From the NCBI GenBank assembly GCA_964592365.1, contig CAZQDL010000003.1, forward strand, positions 2,186 through 66,185: a stretch of 64,000 nucleotides of DNA, written 5' to 3'. The notes below the pieces were generated by a model that was not told the DNA's origin, did no database searches, and worked only from the letters and a program-made list of their open reading frames with translations. The stretch comes from an uncultured Candidatus Saccharibacteria bacterium. GTDB taxonomy: Bacteria; Patescibacteriota; Minisyncoccia; Phycocordibacterales; UBA1006. The position numbers and the translations under genes are program-made. Shown here in pieces: positions 29,036 to 39,908 of this stretch (positions within the stretch are counted from its first letter, which is position 1; each line of letters opens with the position of its first letter).

Positions 29036-30046
29036 ATGGGAATGTTTTCAAAAAAACTAGGAATTGATCTTGGAACAACAAATATCTTGGTATATGTACC
29101 AGGAAAAGGAGTTATCTTAGACGAACCATCAGTGGTTGCTGTTTCAATACAAGATAACAGGGTACTTGCCATTGGTTCTGAAGCAAAGCAAATGATCGGA
29201 CGTACTCCTGATGATATTGTTGCATATCGACCAATGAAAGATGGAGTTATCGCTGACTACCGAGTAACTGAAAAAATGCTCCGTTACTATTTTCAAAAAG
29301 CACTTGGACCATGGAACTTCATCAAACCTGATGTATTACTTTCTGTTCCAGCTGGAATTACCTCAACAGAGAGAAGGGCAGTTATTGAAGCAGCAATGAA
29401 AGCAGGAGCAAGGAATGCATATGTAGTGAAAGAGCCAATTCTTGCTGCTATTGGAGCTGGAATTACTATCCAACAACCAAACGGTTACATGATTATCGAT
29501 ATTGGAGGAGGTACCATTGATGTTGCTGTTATCTCACTTGGAGGAATTGTTGCCTCAAATTCTGTAAAGTGTGCAGGAAGAAAAATTGATGATTCAATTA
29601 TCGACTTCATGAAGAAATCGTACAACTTAGCTATTGGTGATAGGACAGCTGAGAAGATAAAGATAAAGATTGGATCTGCGTTACCACTTGATGATGAACT
29701 TGAAGTTGTGGTAAAGGGAAGAGATTACATTACAGGATTACCTCGATCAGTTAAAATTTCAACTAATGAGATAACAAAAGCTATTGATTCTGAGTTAAAA
29801 ACAATGATTCAAGCAATCAAGGATGTTCTTGCAGAAGTTCCCCCTGAATTAGCTTCAGATATCATTGATAACGGAATTACCCTAACTGGAGGAACATCAC
29901 AACTGAGAAATCTTGATGAACTTATATACAGAAGAACAGGAGTTCAAGCATTTCTAGTTGATGATCCACTGTTTTGTGTTGCTCGAGGAACAGGAATTGC
30001 TCTTGAACACCTCGATACTTACAAGAAAGCAATCATCAGTAAATAG
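29036..30046 (+). CDS. mreB: Rod shape-determining protein MreB
   Basis: GIDLGTTN, EPSVVA, RPMKDGVIAD, DIGGGT, LTGG. Confidence 0.96.
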   Translation: MGMFSKKLGIDLGTTNILVYVPGKGVILDEPSVVAVSIQDNRVLAIGSEAKQMIGRTPDDIVAYRPMKDGVIADYRVTEKMLRYYFQKALGPWNFIKPDVLLSVPAGITSTERRAVIEAAMKAGARNAYVVKEPILAAIGAGITIQQPNGYMIIDIGGGTIDVAVISLGGIVASNSVKCAGRKIDDSIIDFMKKSYNLAIGDRTAEKIKIKIGSALPLDDELEVVVKGRDYITGLPRSVKISTNEITKAIDSELKTMIQAIKDVLAEVPPELASDIIDNGITLTGGTSQLRNLDELIYRRTGVQAFLVDDPLFCVARGTGIALEHLDTYKKAIISK

Positions 30047-30083
30047 CAAGGTCAAACCTTGCTATTTTTGATACACTAAAGAT

Positions 30084-30728
30084 ATGAATCTATCAAAGCA
30101 TGTAGAAAAATGGAAACCAAATCACCATAGCTATGGAATATCAAGTACTTTTCTAAAGAGTGCTGATTTAAGAAAGATGCTTCCTCAGGATATTGATTAT
30201 TGTTATGAATCAGATCAAGACACTTGTAAAATAGATGAGGTACGAAGAATACGTAATTTACAAAGTGAACGAACTGACGGCGTTTCAGTTTTTATTATTT
30301 CCTGTACTCATATTACCCATGAAGCTCAAAATGCACTGTTGAAGATTTTAGAAGAACCAAGTTCTCATACCTATTTCTATTTAATCTACCCTCAAATTGA
30401 ACAGCTATTGATAACCTTACAGTCACGTCTTGAGGTGCTTGAATATACACAGATTCAATCTGAAGATGGAATTATTGAACCCTCAGCATTTATCGCAATG
30501 TCTCTTGATGAACGTTTTAGTTACATCAAAGAAATCACTGACAAGAAACATGAGCCATTATTACAAAAGAAAGATGTACTTCATCTTTGCTATCATCTTG
30601 AACAACACTTCAGTAGTACAAAAAACTATCAAGGACTTAAGACAGTATATGAAGCTCGTACCATGCTTCTTTCAAGTAGTGCATCGCTTAAAATGATTCT
30701 TGATATGGTTGCTGTATATTGTTCGTAA
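30084..30728 (+). CDS. holB: DNA polymerase III delta' subunit-like (short)
   Basis: IDEVR, EAQNALLKILEEP, TLQSR. Confidence 0.8.
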   Translation: MNLSKHVEKWKPNHHSYGISSTFLKSADLRKMLPQDIDYCYESDQDTCKIDEVRRIRNLQSERTDGVSVFIISCTHITHEAQNALLKILEEPSSHTYFYLIYPQIEQLLITLQSRLEVLEYTQIQSEDGIIEPSAFIAMSLDERFSYIKEITDKKHEPLLQKKDVLHLCYHLEQHFSSTKNYQGLKTVYEARTMLLSSSASLKMILDMVAVYCS

Positions 30729-30744
30729 TGTATACTTGAAACAT

Positions 30745-31287
30745 ATGAATTTTGACTTTAACAACACACAACGAGCTCTTAATCAGGCTATTGAATATCT
30801 TAAACAAGAATACTTACAAATATCAACAGGGAGAGCTAATCCTAGTCTTCTTGATGGTATCTATATCGAGACATATGGAACAAGGCAGCCAATTAAAAAC
30901 ATTGCATCTATCACCCTTGAAGATGCACGTACTCTTAAAGTAACTCCGTGGGAAAAGAATCAAATTCAAACTATTGAAAAGGCACTTCATGAATCTCATC
31001 TTCCTTTTTCAATATCAGTTGCTGATTCTGGAATTAGAGTTCATATTCCACAACTTACTGAAGAATCAAAGAAGTCTTTAGTTAAATTGGTAAAGGAAAA
31101 ACTCGAAGACGCACGAGTAAAAGTACGAAACGCTCGGCAAGAAACAATGAAAGAAATTGATGCTTCAGAATCAAGTGAAGATGAAAAGAAGAGGAATAAG
31201 GAAATACTTCAGAAGCATACAGATGAAGCGAATAAGAATTTAGAAGAAGTTTTTGAGAAGAAAGAAGCTGATATAATGAAAGTGTAG
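30745..31287 (+). CDS. frr: Ribosome recycling factor
   Basis: TGRANPSLLD, IPQLTEE, RVKVRNAR, KKEADIM. Confidence 0.95.
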   Translation: MNFDFNNTQRALNQAIEYLKQEYLQISTGRANPSLLDGIYIETYGTRQPIKNIASITLEDARTLKVTPWEKNQIQTIEKALHESHLPFSISVADSGIRVHIPQLTEESKKSLVKLVKEKLEDARVKVRNARQETMKEIDASESSEDEKKRNKEILQKHTDEANKNLEEVFEKKEADIMKV

Positions 31288-31288
31288 T

Positions 31289-32371
31289 ATGAATATCCTA
31301 ATATTTATTATAGTTTTAGGAACACTCATATTTGTTCATGAACTAGGACACTTTCTCTTTGCAAAACTTTTTAACATACGAGTTGATGAGTTTGGATTTG
31401 GATATCCACCTAAAGCACTTACACTCGGTTACTTTAAAGAAACAAAAATTACACTTAACTGGATTCCTTTCGGAGGGTTTGTAAGAATTCATGGTGAAGA
31501 TGGTGATGGAAAAGAATCACATGATTCACTTGTTTCAAAATCTAAGCCAAAGCAATTTCTCGTAATGGCAGGAGGTATTATCTTCAACATTATATTCGCT
31601 TGGATATTACTTTCCTCAAGCTATATGCTTGGAATTCAAAGTTCAGTAGATTCTGCACCCGATGGTTATGTGTTTGAAAACACAGCATTGACGGTGACTT
31701 CTGTGTCACCAGAATCTCCAGCCTCACTTGCTGGATTGTTACCAGGTGATGCTGTTCTTGAATATCAAAGTCCTGATACACAGGTTTTTGTAGAAGATGA
31801 AGGAACAGAAGTATTTAGTAACTTCATCAATGAAGCTGGATCTAAGGGTCACAGTGTTGATATTGCAGTACTGAGAGATGAACGTATTGAAAAAATCTCA
31901 CTTATTCCAGAAGAGGGAATTATTGAAAATCGATTTGGAATTGGTGTAGGGATAGATCAAATTGGTGAAGTTCGACTCGGATTTTTTAATGCTCTGTATC
32001 ACGGACTTATCAATACCTTTGTGTTCCTTGGGGCAATCACTGAAGGATTCATTAGTTTAATTTCTGGTTCAGTTCCACTTGATGCTGTTTCTGGTCCTGT
32101 TGGAATTGTAAGTCAGGTTGGTCAGGCTAGCTCTCTTGGACTTACTTATCTACTTGGATTCACGGCGCTATTGTCACTTAATCTTGCGGTACTCAATGCC
32201 TTTCCATTTCCAGCACTAGATGGTGGAAAAATTGTAGTTATTGGTATTGAATCAGTACTTAAAAAACCACTTCCTGTTCAAGCAGTAAACTGGGTGAATG
32301 CGATTGGATTCATTATCCTTATCCTGTTTATGATTGTCATAACCATTAAAGATATTTTTGTACTGATATAA
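31289..32371 (+). CDS. rseP: RseP-like site-2 (M50) metalloprotease with PDZ domain
   Basis: HELGH, IPFGGFV, SPASLAGL.PGD, NAFPFPALDGG. Confidence 0.92.
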   Translation: MNILIFIIVLGTLIFVHELGHFLFAKLFNIRVDEFGFGYPPKALTLGYFKETKITLNWIPFGGFVRIHGEDGDGKESHDSLVSKSKPKQFLVMAGGIIFNIIFAWILLSSSYMLGIQSSVDSAPDGYVFENTALTVTSVSPESPASLAGLLPGDAVLEYQSPDTQVFVEDEGTEVFSNFINEAGSKGHSVDIAVLRDERIEKISLIPEEGIIENRFGIGVGIDQIGEVRLGFFNALYHGLINTFVFLGAITEGFISLISGSVPLDAVSGPVGIVSQVGQASSLGLTYLLGFTALLSLNLAVLNAFPFPALDGGKIVVIGIESVLKKPLPVQAVNWVNAIGFIILILFMIVITIKDIFVLI

Positions 32372-32423
32372 AACAAGCAGAAATGCTTGTTTTATATTAC
32401 CCACATCATGTTACAATTCCAAC

Positions 32424-33857
32424 ATGAAACTAAGGGAAATCTTACATAATATTGAGACACTTCAGGTTATTGGAAGTACAGATATGTTCATTTCTGAATT
32501 AAGTATTGATTCAAGAAATATTACACAGGGTAACCTTTTTTTTGCAATACCTGGAACTGAAGTAGATGGGCATACATATATTCAGCAAGCAATACAACAA
32601 GGTGCTTTAGCTATTGTGTGTGAAGTACTTCCTGAACAACTAACTCCTTCTGTTTGCTATATTCAAGTATCACATACGTCATCGGTGGTAGGGATAATGG
32701 CATCTACCTTCTTTGGAAATCCAACTCAAGAACTAACCGTAATTGGTGTTACTGGTACCAATGGAAAAACAAGTATTGCGTACTCTTTATATCACGCACT
32801 TCTTTTACAAAAGAAAGAAGTAGCTCTTTTTTCTACCATCTCAAATATTCTCAATGGAGAGGTGTTTCAAGCGGGACACACCACAGAAGATGCTATTTCT
32901 CTACAAAGACATATGAGGCAAGTAGCAGATGGTGGGGCAAAATTCGTTTGTATGGAAGTTTCTTCACATGCATTGGAGCAGGGAAGAGTACAGGGTGTTG
33001 ATTTCGATATTGCCTTGTACACCAACCTAACACAAGACCATCTTGACTATCACCATACGATGGAAGCATATGCCAAGGCAAAAAAGAAATTTTTCGATAT
33101 GCTTAAACCCTCTTCAGTTGCGATTGTGAATGCTGATGACTCATATGCAGAGTATATGGTTGAAGAAACCAAGGCATCGATTAAGTACTACGGAATGACC
33201 AATGGGGAATATCGTATATCATCTCCTGAGTTAGAAATGACACAATCATCATGGATGATTCAAGATACTCGCGTTGTGAGTAAGCATATTGGATTATTCA
33301 ATGTATATAATCAGACCTGTGTATATGCAGTACTTGATACTCTTGGATTTGAAGATGCAGATAAAACTCTTTCAATGATACCAGGTATACCTGGACGAAT
33401 GGAGATGGTAAGTTCAGCTGAAAAAGGTATTACTGGAATTGTTGATTATGCACACACTCCTGATGCCTTGAAAAAAGTCTTAGAAACAATTTCACTTGTT
33501 CCACATAGAAAGATTATTACCATATTTGGTTGTGGTGGTGACAGAGAAAGGGAAAAAAGACCTCAGATGGCAAGAATTGCAGAAGAACTGAGCGATATTG
33601 TGATCGTAACAAGTGATAATCCGAGAACTGAAGATCAGAATCAAATTTTCAGTGATATTGAAAAGGGATTCACAAAATCAGCAACAGAGCACGCAGTTAT
33701 TACCGAAAGAAATGAAGCTATCAAGCGAGGTGTTCAAATTGCACAAGAAGGTGATGTTATCCTTATTGCAGGAAAAGGACATGAAAATTATCAGATAATA
33801 GGGACAAGTAGATTTCCTTTTAATGATAAAGAAATTCTACAATCACTACTATCATGA
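32424..33857 (+). CDS. murE: UDP-MurNAc-Ala-Glu--meso-diaminopimelate ligase
   Basis: GVTGTNGKT, MEVSSH, TNLTQDHLDYH, DYAHTPDAL, DNPR (DAP specificity), AGKGHE. Confidence 0.96.
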   Translation: MKLREILHNIETLQVIGSTDMFISELSIDSRNITQGNLFFAIPGTEVDGHTYIQQAIQQGALAIVCEVLPEQLTPSVCYIQVSHTSSVVGIMASTFFGNPTQELTVIGVTGTNGKTSIAYSLYHALLLQKKEVALFSTISNILNGEVFQAGHTTEDAISLQRHMRQVADGGAKFVCMEVSSHALEQGRVQGVDFDIALYTNLTQDHLDYHHTMEAYAKAKKKFFDMLKPSSVAIVNADDSYAEYMVEETKASIKYYGMTNGEYRISSPELEMTQSSWMIQDTRVVSKHIGLFNVYNQTCVYAVLDTLGFEDADKTLSMIPGIPGRMEMVSSAEKGITGIVDYAHTPDALKKVLETISLVPHRKIITIFGCGGDREREKRPQMARIAEELSDIVIVTSDNPRTEDQNQIFSDIEKGFTKSATEHAVITERNEAIKRGVQIAQEGDVILIAGKGHENYQIIGTSRFPFNDKEILQSLLS

Positions 33858-34570
33858 GAATAGGTTTTTTTGATTCGGGACTTGGTGGTCTTTTGGTAAT
33901 GGAACATTGTATTAAACAAAAGCCCCATCATGAGTATGTTTTTTTAGGTGATACGAAGTATCTTCCATATGGACCACGATCAACTGAAGAAATAATTGAA
34001 TATTCATTTCCATGTATTACCTTTCTTCTTGAACATCAACAATGTGACCTTGTTATCATTGCTTGTAATACCATTAGTGTCCGAGCTGTAAAACAGTTCC
34101 AAGAAAAATATCCACAGTACCGTGATATGGTTATTGGTATTGATATACCTACACTTTCATACCTAAGAAATATTGATAGTGAAGAGGTACTTACCATATC
34201 AACCATACAAACTAAGGAGTCAGGTAGGTACAGCTCTTTTAGTAAAGAGGTGATTGCTATGCCTGGATTAGTTGAACTTATCGAAAATTCACAAAAAGAA
34301 ACTGCTATGCATATGTGTGATGATGTTCTTGCACATCATCATGAGATAGCTAATCTTTTTCTTGGCTGTACGCACTATCTTTGGTTGTGCGATGATCTTA
34401 AGGAAAAATACCCTGATATACATATCATCAGGCAAGATGAAATTGTTTGCGAATTAATCCCTGACATACAGAAAGATAAATTCAATGTTGAATATTTTTT
34501 AACTTCGCATATTGATGAGTATATAAAAAAATACCAGAAAGATTTTAAACTGGTATTTATACCTCGATAA
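33854..34570 (+). CDS. murI: Glutamate racemase
   Basis: FDSGLGG, PYG, IACNT, LGCTHY. Confidence 0.93.
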   Translation: MRIGFFDSGLGGLLVMEHCIKQKPHHEYVFLGDTKYLPYGPRSTEEIIEYSFPCITFLLEHQQCDLVIIACNTISVRAVKQFQEKYPQYRDMVIGIDIPTLSYLRNIDSEEVLTISTIQTKESGRYSSFSKEVIAMPGLVELIENSQKETAMHMCDDVLAHHHEIANLFLGCTHYLWLCDDLKEKYPDIHIIRQDEIVCELIPDIQKDKFNVEYFLTSHIDEYIKKYQKDFKLVFIPR

Positions 34571-35861
34571 GTTGATGAGTGTATTGATATACATCACCAG
34601 CACCTGCAGATACAATAACATAATGTTCATTGTATTTTTTTATAATCTTCGAAACGAGATGCTCTGGTTGCGTTACTTGTTCAACACTAATTCCAGCTTT
34701 AAGTAAATCATCAAAAAGAAGAAACGCTTCATCTTTCAAATACTCTTCTCTTGCTCTGTATGTTTCAAGAAGATACAAATGATTAACTTGTGATAGCGCA
34801 CTAACAAAACCTTCTTTTAAATCTCTTGTACGTGAGTAAAGATGTGGTTCAAAGAGCATTACAATATGCTTTTCAGGAAACATCTCTCTTAACGCATCAC
34901 ACAGAAGGTGAAGACCTTCTGGGTTATGAGCATAATCATCATATACAACAGCACCATTTTTAGTAACTCCTAGATATTGAAATCTTCTAAATGCGCCTTT
35001 AAATGAATGTGAAAGATATCTCTTTGATTCTTCAATATCAAGGGAAAGAGCCTCCATTATTGAAAGAGCTGCACATGCGTTATATTTGTTATGCTCTCCT
35101 GGAACTGAAACCGTAATACCATCTAAGTATTTTGTATAGTCAATGATTTTCATACCTAAGCTCTTTGCTTCTTGAATAACAGAAGATAGGTTTGGATCAT
35201 TAACATTACATACAAGAATTCCATTACCCTTTGTATTACGCACAAAGGAAATAAATGAATCTTGGATATCAGCTAAATCTGAAAAATAGTCTAGATGATC
35301 TTCAGTAATATTAGTAACTACCAGAATATTATGGTGAATGTTAAGAAATGAATCTTTGTATTCACAAGCTTCGGTAACAAGAATTGTATCATTCCCTTGA
35401 AGAAAATTACTTGAAAACTTCTGTGATACCTCTCCAATAATTGCTGTTGGATGAAGATCATGATGTTCTAGTAATTCAGAAATCATAGTTGTAGTGGTTG
35501 TTTTTCCATTGGTACCTGAAACAGCAATTGAAAATGGAACCGATTTACTTACCATACCAAGTGCTTCTGGATAGCTAAGTTCTTTAATATCAAGACTACG
35601 AGCTTTTAGCCGTTCAGGATCATTTTCAGAAACAGCTGGGCTGTAGATAAGTAAATCAATATCCTTTGATATTAATGACGGGTTACTTCCAATGTATACA
35701 AGAGCCCCCTTATCAATTAAGAGTGCTGTTTGTTTGGATGCTTGTAAATCAGAACCTGAAACTTGAGTACCGTGTGCAAGATAGTACTGAGCCAGTGAAG
35801 ATACACCAACCCCTCCTGCACCAACTAGGTGTACATGCTTTACTTGAATTCTTTCGTTCAT
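34557..35861 (-). CDS. murC: UDP-MurNAc--L-alanine ligase
   Basis: GAGGVGVS, SGTNGKTTTT, EACEY, DHLDY, DDYAHNP, PHLYSRT. Confidence 0.93.
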   Translation of the reverse strand: MNERIQVKHVHLVGAGGVGVSSLAQYYLAHGTQVSGSDLQASKQTALLIDKGALVYIGSNPSLISKDIDLLIYSPAVSENDPERLKARSLDIKELSYPEALGMVSKSVPFSIAVSGTNGKTTTTTMISELLEHHDLHPTAIIGEVSQKFSSNFLQGNDTILVTEACEYKDSFLNIHHNILVVTNITEDHLDYFSDLADIQDSFISFVRNTKGNGILVCNVNDPNLSSVIQEAKSLGMKIIDYTKYLDGITVSVPGEHNKYNACAALSIMEALSLDIEESKRYLSHSFKGAFRRFQYLGVTKNGAVVYDDYAHNPEGLHLLCDALREMFPEKHIVMLFEPHLYSRTRDLKEGFVSALSQVNHLYLLETYRAREEYLKDEAFLLFDDLLKAGISVEQVTQPEHLVSKIIKKYNEHYVIVSAGAGDVYQYTHQLIEV

Positions 35862-35881
35862 ACAAAACAGTATACCAAAGA

Positions 35882-37264
35882 TTAGTAGTTTTTTAGATAT
35901 TGTTTTACCTTCTGAACAAATTGATCATTTCTTTCGTATTCATTCTTAAATAAACCAAAAGATGCAGCTGCTGGTGAGAGGATGATAATATCACCATCAT
36001 TAGCCTGCCTTAAAGCAAGATTGCATGCTGTACTCATACTCAATGCTCTTGTATATGAGGTGTATGAAGTAGGTAATGCATCACAGATTTTATCTGTTGC
36101 TTTTCCAGGGAAAAGAAACACGTAACTTACATGTTTCGCTATATATTCTGCAAACTGAGTGTAATGAAATTCCTTATCAGATCCACCAGCTATTAGAATT
36201 ATCTTTTTATCAGGATACTGGTCCTTCAAAGAACGCAGAGATTCAATGGTTGAATCAGGTGTAGTTGAATTGTTATCATTAAAGAATAGTAACCCTCGTT
36301 TTTTACTTGTGCCTAAAAATTCAAATCTTCCACTAACACCTGAAAACAGGGTAAGTCCTTCTTTAATATACCGAGAAGAAATACCAAGACATCGTCCTAC
36401 TTCAAAGGATAAAGAAATGTTTTTCATGTTATGGCTTCCAAAAATCATGTATTCCCATGATTTCGGAAGATTATCTAAATCTGCTAAATGTTCTTCAGAC
36501 TTAATCTCATTAGAATAATATTTTGTGATAGCATCTTTTGCATTCTGAGAGTAGACAAGTTTTCCATTGCTATCTTGGTATTGGAAAATAGCAGCCTTGT
36601 CATTAAAGTACTCTTGCATTGAACCATTGTAATAGTTCATATGATCCTCAAAGAAACTGGTGAAAATAGCAATGTCTGGTGAATATCCAATAGTATGCAG
36701 TCCTTGTAACTGCCATGAATCAAGTTCAGCAAGGATAATATCACCATCTTTAATTTTTTTGAGGATAGGGAGATTTGCAACACCACGTATATTTCCAGCT
36801 AGGTGGTATCTTAAACCAGCTGCCTTAAGGATTGATTCAACCATTGCGGTTGTTGTTGATTTTCCTTTAGTACCGGTAATTCCAATAACTTGTACCTTAT
36901 CAAATTTCAATTCCTTTAGTATCTTCACTAAGAGTGCAAATGACATAAATGTAGGTACTCCATCTAATTGAGCAGCTTTTAAGTATTTATTATCTTTTGG
37001 AATTCCAGCTGCATGTAACACAAGGTCACGATTTCTAAAATCAGCTACCTTATGTTTTTCCAAGGTATATGAAATATTCTTATATACCTTAAGGTTTTTA
37101 ATAGAAGGGCTAAGTGTTTGTTTCGTACGAAGATCAGTTGCAATGATATCTGCACCACATGATGCCATGAAAGCAATATCTCCAACTCCGCGCCCAAGTA
37201 AACCAATTCCCATTGCGGTTATTTTTTTTCCTTGGAAGTATTCTTGATACTGCGCTTTTTTCAT
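35882..37264 (-). CDS. murD: UDP-MurNAc-L-Ala--D-glutamate ligase
   Basis: GITGTKGKSTT, ELDSWQL, DHMNYY, ND..STTP, LSPAAASF..FKN. Confidence 0.93.
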   Translation of the reverse strand: MKKAQYQEYFQGKKITAMGIGLLGRGVGDIAFMASCGADIIATDLRTKQTLSPSIKNLKVYKNISYTLEKHKVADFRNRDLVLHAAGIPKDNKYLKAAQLDGVPTFMSFALLVKILKELKFDKVQVIGITGTKGKSTTTAMVESILKAAGLRYHLAGNIRGVANLPILKKIKDGDIILAELDSWQLQGLHTIGYSPDIAIFTSFFEDHMNYYNGSMQEYFNDKAAIFQYQDSNGKLVYSQNAKDAITKYYSNEIKSEEHLADLDNLPKSWEYMIFGSHNMKNISLSFEVGRCLGISSRYIKEGLTLFSGVSGRFEFLGTSKKRGLLFFNDNNSTTPDSTIESLRSLKDQYPDKKIILIAGGSDKEFHYTQFAEYIAKHVSYVFLFPGKATDKICDALPTSYTSYTRALSMSTACNLALRQANDGDIIILSPAAASFGLFKNEYERNDQFVQKVKQYLKNY

Positions 37265-37331
37265 AAAATAAAGTGTACTGTTTTCGTATCAAAAAAACAA
37301 GAATACTTTTTTTTGATATACTACATGACAT

Positions 37332-38624
37332 ATGAACGTTATTGATTTCCACAACAAATATATTAATGAACATGGATTGAAAGTATGTACTGATTCAAGA
37401 AATGTAGAACCAGGTTCTGTATTTTTTGCTCTAAGAGGTGACTCATTTAATGGAAATGATTTTGCCGTGCAAGCTCTTTCAAATGGCTGTATTGCAGCGG
37501 TTGTTGATGACCCACTTATTCAGCATGAACGTTGTATTTTAGTTAGTGATGTTCTTTCTTTCCTTACTGAACTTGCACGCTACCATCGAAGGACGGTAAA
37601 TATTCCTGTAATTGGTATAACTGGAAGTAATGGAAAAACAACAACAAAGGAACTTATTTGTGCAGCGTTATCAAAACAAAAAAAAGTAATCGCAACGATA
37701 GGAAATTTGAATAATCATATTGGTGTTCCTCTTACTTTGTTGCGAATTACCTCAGATACTGACATTGCAGTTATTGAGATGGGTGCGAATAAGATAGGGG
37801 ATATTAAAGAGTTATGTGAAATTGCAGAACCTACCGCAGGTATCATTACTAATATTGGTAAAGCACACTTGGGATATTTTGGTGGTATTGGAGGTGTTAT
37901 TGAAGCAAAAACAGAGATGTACCGTTTTCTACAAGAACGTGATGGTCATATATTTGTAAATGCATCAGATGATCTTTTGTTGAAATACGCAGGAGCACTT
38001 GAAAAGACTCTTTATGGACCAAAGGTTCACAATGAGTTTAGGGTGATTTCAAAAGAAACAGTCCCATATGTTTCAGTGTCTTGGGGGTATAATCAAGAAA
38101 TCAAAACACAGCTAACTGGTGAGTATAACGTTGAAAATATTGCATGTGCTATTGCCGTTGCTATGTATTTCAACGTACGGAATGATCTAATCAAAGAAGG
38201 TATTGAATCATATCACCCACATAACAATCGCTCAGAAATTACCGAAACACCATTTGGAAATACTATTATAAAAGATTTTTATAATGCGAATTCAAGCAGT
38301 ATGAATGTTGCGATATCAAACGCAGCGCATATAAAAAAGGAAAACCAAGTACTTATCCTTATTCTTGCTGATATGTTTGAGCTAGGAGAATTCTCAGAAG
38401 AAGAACATCAAATAGTAGCGAGGCACGCAATGAGTGTACAACCAGACAGACTTATCCTTATCGGAAAAGATTTTTATAAAGTTCCAATCACAGCTGAAAA
38501 ATATTTAAGTACTGAGGATTGTATTAAAGCACTACAAGATCAAATAATAACAAACAGTTTGATACTTATTAAAGGATCAAATGGAATGCATCTTGGCAAA
38601 ATACTACAAGAGGTTAATCTGTAG
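37332..38624 (+). CDS. murF: UDP-MurNAc-tripeptide--D-Ala-D-Ala ligase
   Basis: TDSR, GITGSNGKTTTKE, NLNNHIGVPLT, EMGAN, YNAN, DMFELG. Confidence 0.95.
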   Translation: MNVIDFHNKYINEHGLKVCTDSRNVEPGSVFFALRGDSFNGNDFAVQALSNGCIAAVVDDPLIQHERCILVSDVLSFLTELARYHRRTVNIPVIGITGSNGKTTTKELICAALSKQKKVIATIGNLNNHIGVPLTLLRITSDTDIAVIEMGANKIGDIKELCEIAEPTAGIITNIGKAHLGYFGGIGGVIEAKTEMYRFLQERDGHIFVNASDDLLLKYAGALEKTLYGPKVHNEFRVISKETVPYVSVSWGYNQEIKTQLTGEYNVENIACAIAVAMYFNVRNDLIKEGIESYHPHNNRSEITETPFGNTIIKDFYNANSSSMNVAISNAAHIKKENQVLILILADMFELGEFSEEEHQIVARHAMSVQPDRLILIGKDFYKVPITAEKYLSTEDCIKALQDQIITNSLILIKGSNGMHLGKILQEVNL

Positions 38625-38626
38625 AT

Positions 38627-39847
38627 ATGAATGTACTTACACATGAATCACTAAATATACCCACTTCACCAGGGGTGTATTTTTTCATGAAAAATGATGA
38701 AGTTCTATACATTGGAAAGGCTACTAATTTAAAGCAAAGAACAAGAAGCTATTTTAATCCAACTCTCATGGAAACAAGGGGACCAATCATTGTGAAAATG
38801 GTAGAAGAAGCAACTAGTATAACTCATACAGTAACCGACTCTGTACTAGAAGCACTTCTCCTTGAATCATATTTAATTAAGAAACACCAACCCGCTTACA
38901 ATTCAAAGGAAAAGGATGACAAAAGTTATAACTATGTAGTTATAACAAAAGAAGACCTTCCTCGTGTTTATCCTGTAAGAAAAAGAGAATTAGATATTCT
39001 CATTGGAAGAAAGCAGGAACTTCTTCATGTCTTTGGTCCATTTCCCCAAGGAAATGTTTTAAGAACCGCATTACAAATACTTAGAAAAATATTTCCATTT
39101 TATGGAAAGAAAGGTGTTGGTAGTTATTCTCACGAATTCTATGAACAACTAGGTCTTGAGCCTGACGGAACTTCAACATTGAAGGAAGCATATCAGGAAA
39201 ACATTGCATTGCTTGCACTATTCTTTCAAGGAAAGAAGGCACAAATAATTAGTACCTTGAAAAAGAAAATGATGGAGCATGCAAAGAAACTTGCTTTTGA
39301 ACAAGCGCAAACAATTAAGAAGCAAATATATGCTCTTGAACATATTCATGATATTGCTCTTATGAAAAGAGATTTTGAACTAGGAACTGATATTTCAATG
39401 ACGAGAATAGAGGCATATGACATTGCCCACATGCAAGGGCAAGATATGGTTGGGGTGATGGTGGTACATAACGGAAGAGAAATTAGTAATCAAGATCATC
39501 GTATTTTTTCTGTACGTTCGGTAAGTAGTTCAAATGATCCTCTTGCTTTACGTGAAGTACTCACTCGAAGACTCGCTCATACCAATTGGCCATATCCTTC
39601 ACTCATCGTTGTAGATGGGGGGAATATTCAAAAACGTTCCATTGAAAAGGTACTTAAAGAACATGACCTAAGTATCCCTGTTGTTTCTGTTGTAAAAGAT
39701 GATCGTCATAAAGCAAAGGGTATCTTAGGACAACGTAAAATTATTGAAAAGTATCAGTATGAGATTTTGAATATACATGCTGAATCACATCGTTTTGCCA
39801 TCAATGCACACAAAAGAAAAAGGAATAAAAGATTTTTAGATTCATAG
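38627..39847 (+). CDS. uvrC: UvrC-like excinuclease (short, lacks C-terminal HhH)
   Basis: GIY-YIG (PGVY...YIGKA), UVR domain, RIEAYDIAH, VDGG, HRFAI. Confidence 0.85.
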   Translation: MNVLTHESLNIPTSPGVYFFMKNDEVLYIGKATNLKQRTRSYFNPTLMETRGPIIVKMVEEATSITHTVTDSVLEALLLESYLIKKHQPAYNSKEKDDKSYNYVVITKEDLPRVYPVRKRELDILIGRKQELLHVFGPFPQGNVLRTALQILRKIFPFYGKKGVGSYSHEFYEQLGLEPDGTSTLKEAYQENIALLALFFQGKKAQIISTLKKKMMEHAKKLAFEQAQTIKKQIYALEHIHDIALMKRDFELGTDISMTRIEAYDIAHMQGQDMVGVMVVHNGREISNQDHRIFSVRSVSSSNDPLALREVLTRRLAHTNWPYPSLIVVDGGNIQKRSIEKVLKEHDLSIPVVSVVKDDRHKAKGILGQRKIIEKYQYEILNIHAESHRFAINAHKRKRNKRFLDS

Positions 39848-39908
39848 GGTGGTATACTGTTTTTGTTATCAATAATCATAGTCAAAAAAATAGCGACTAT
39901 ACAAACAT

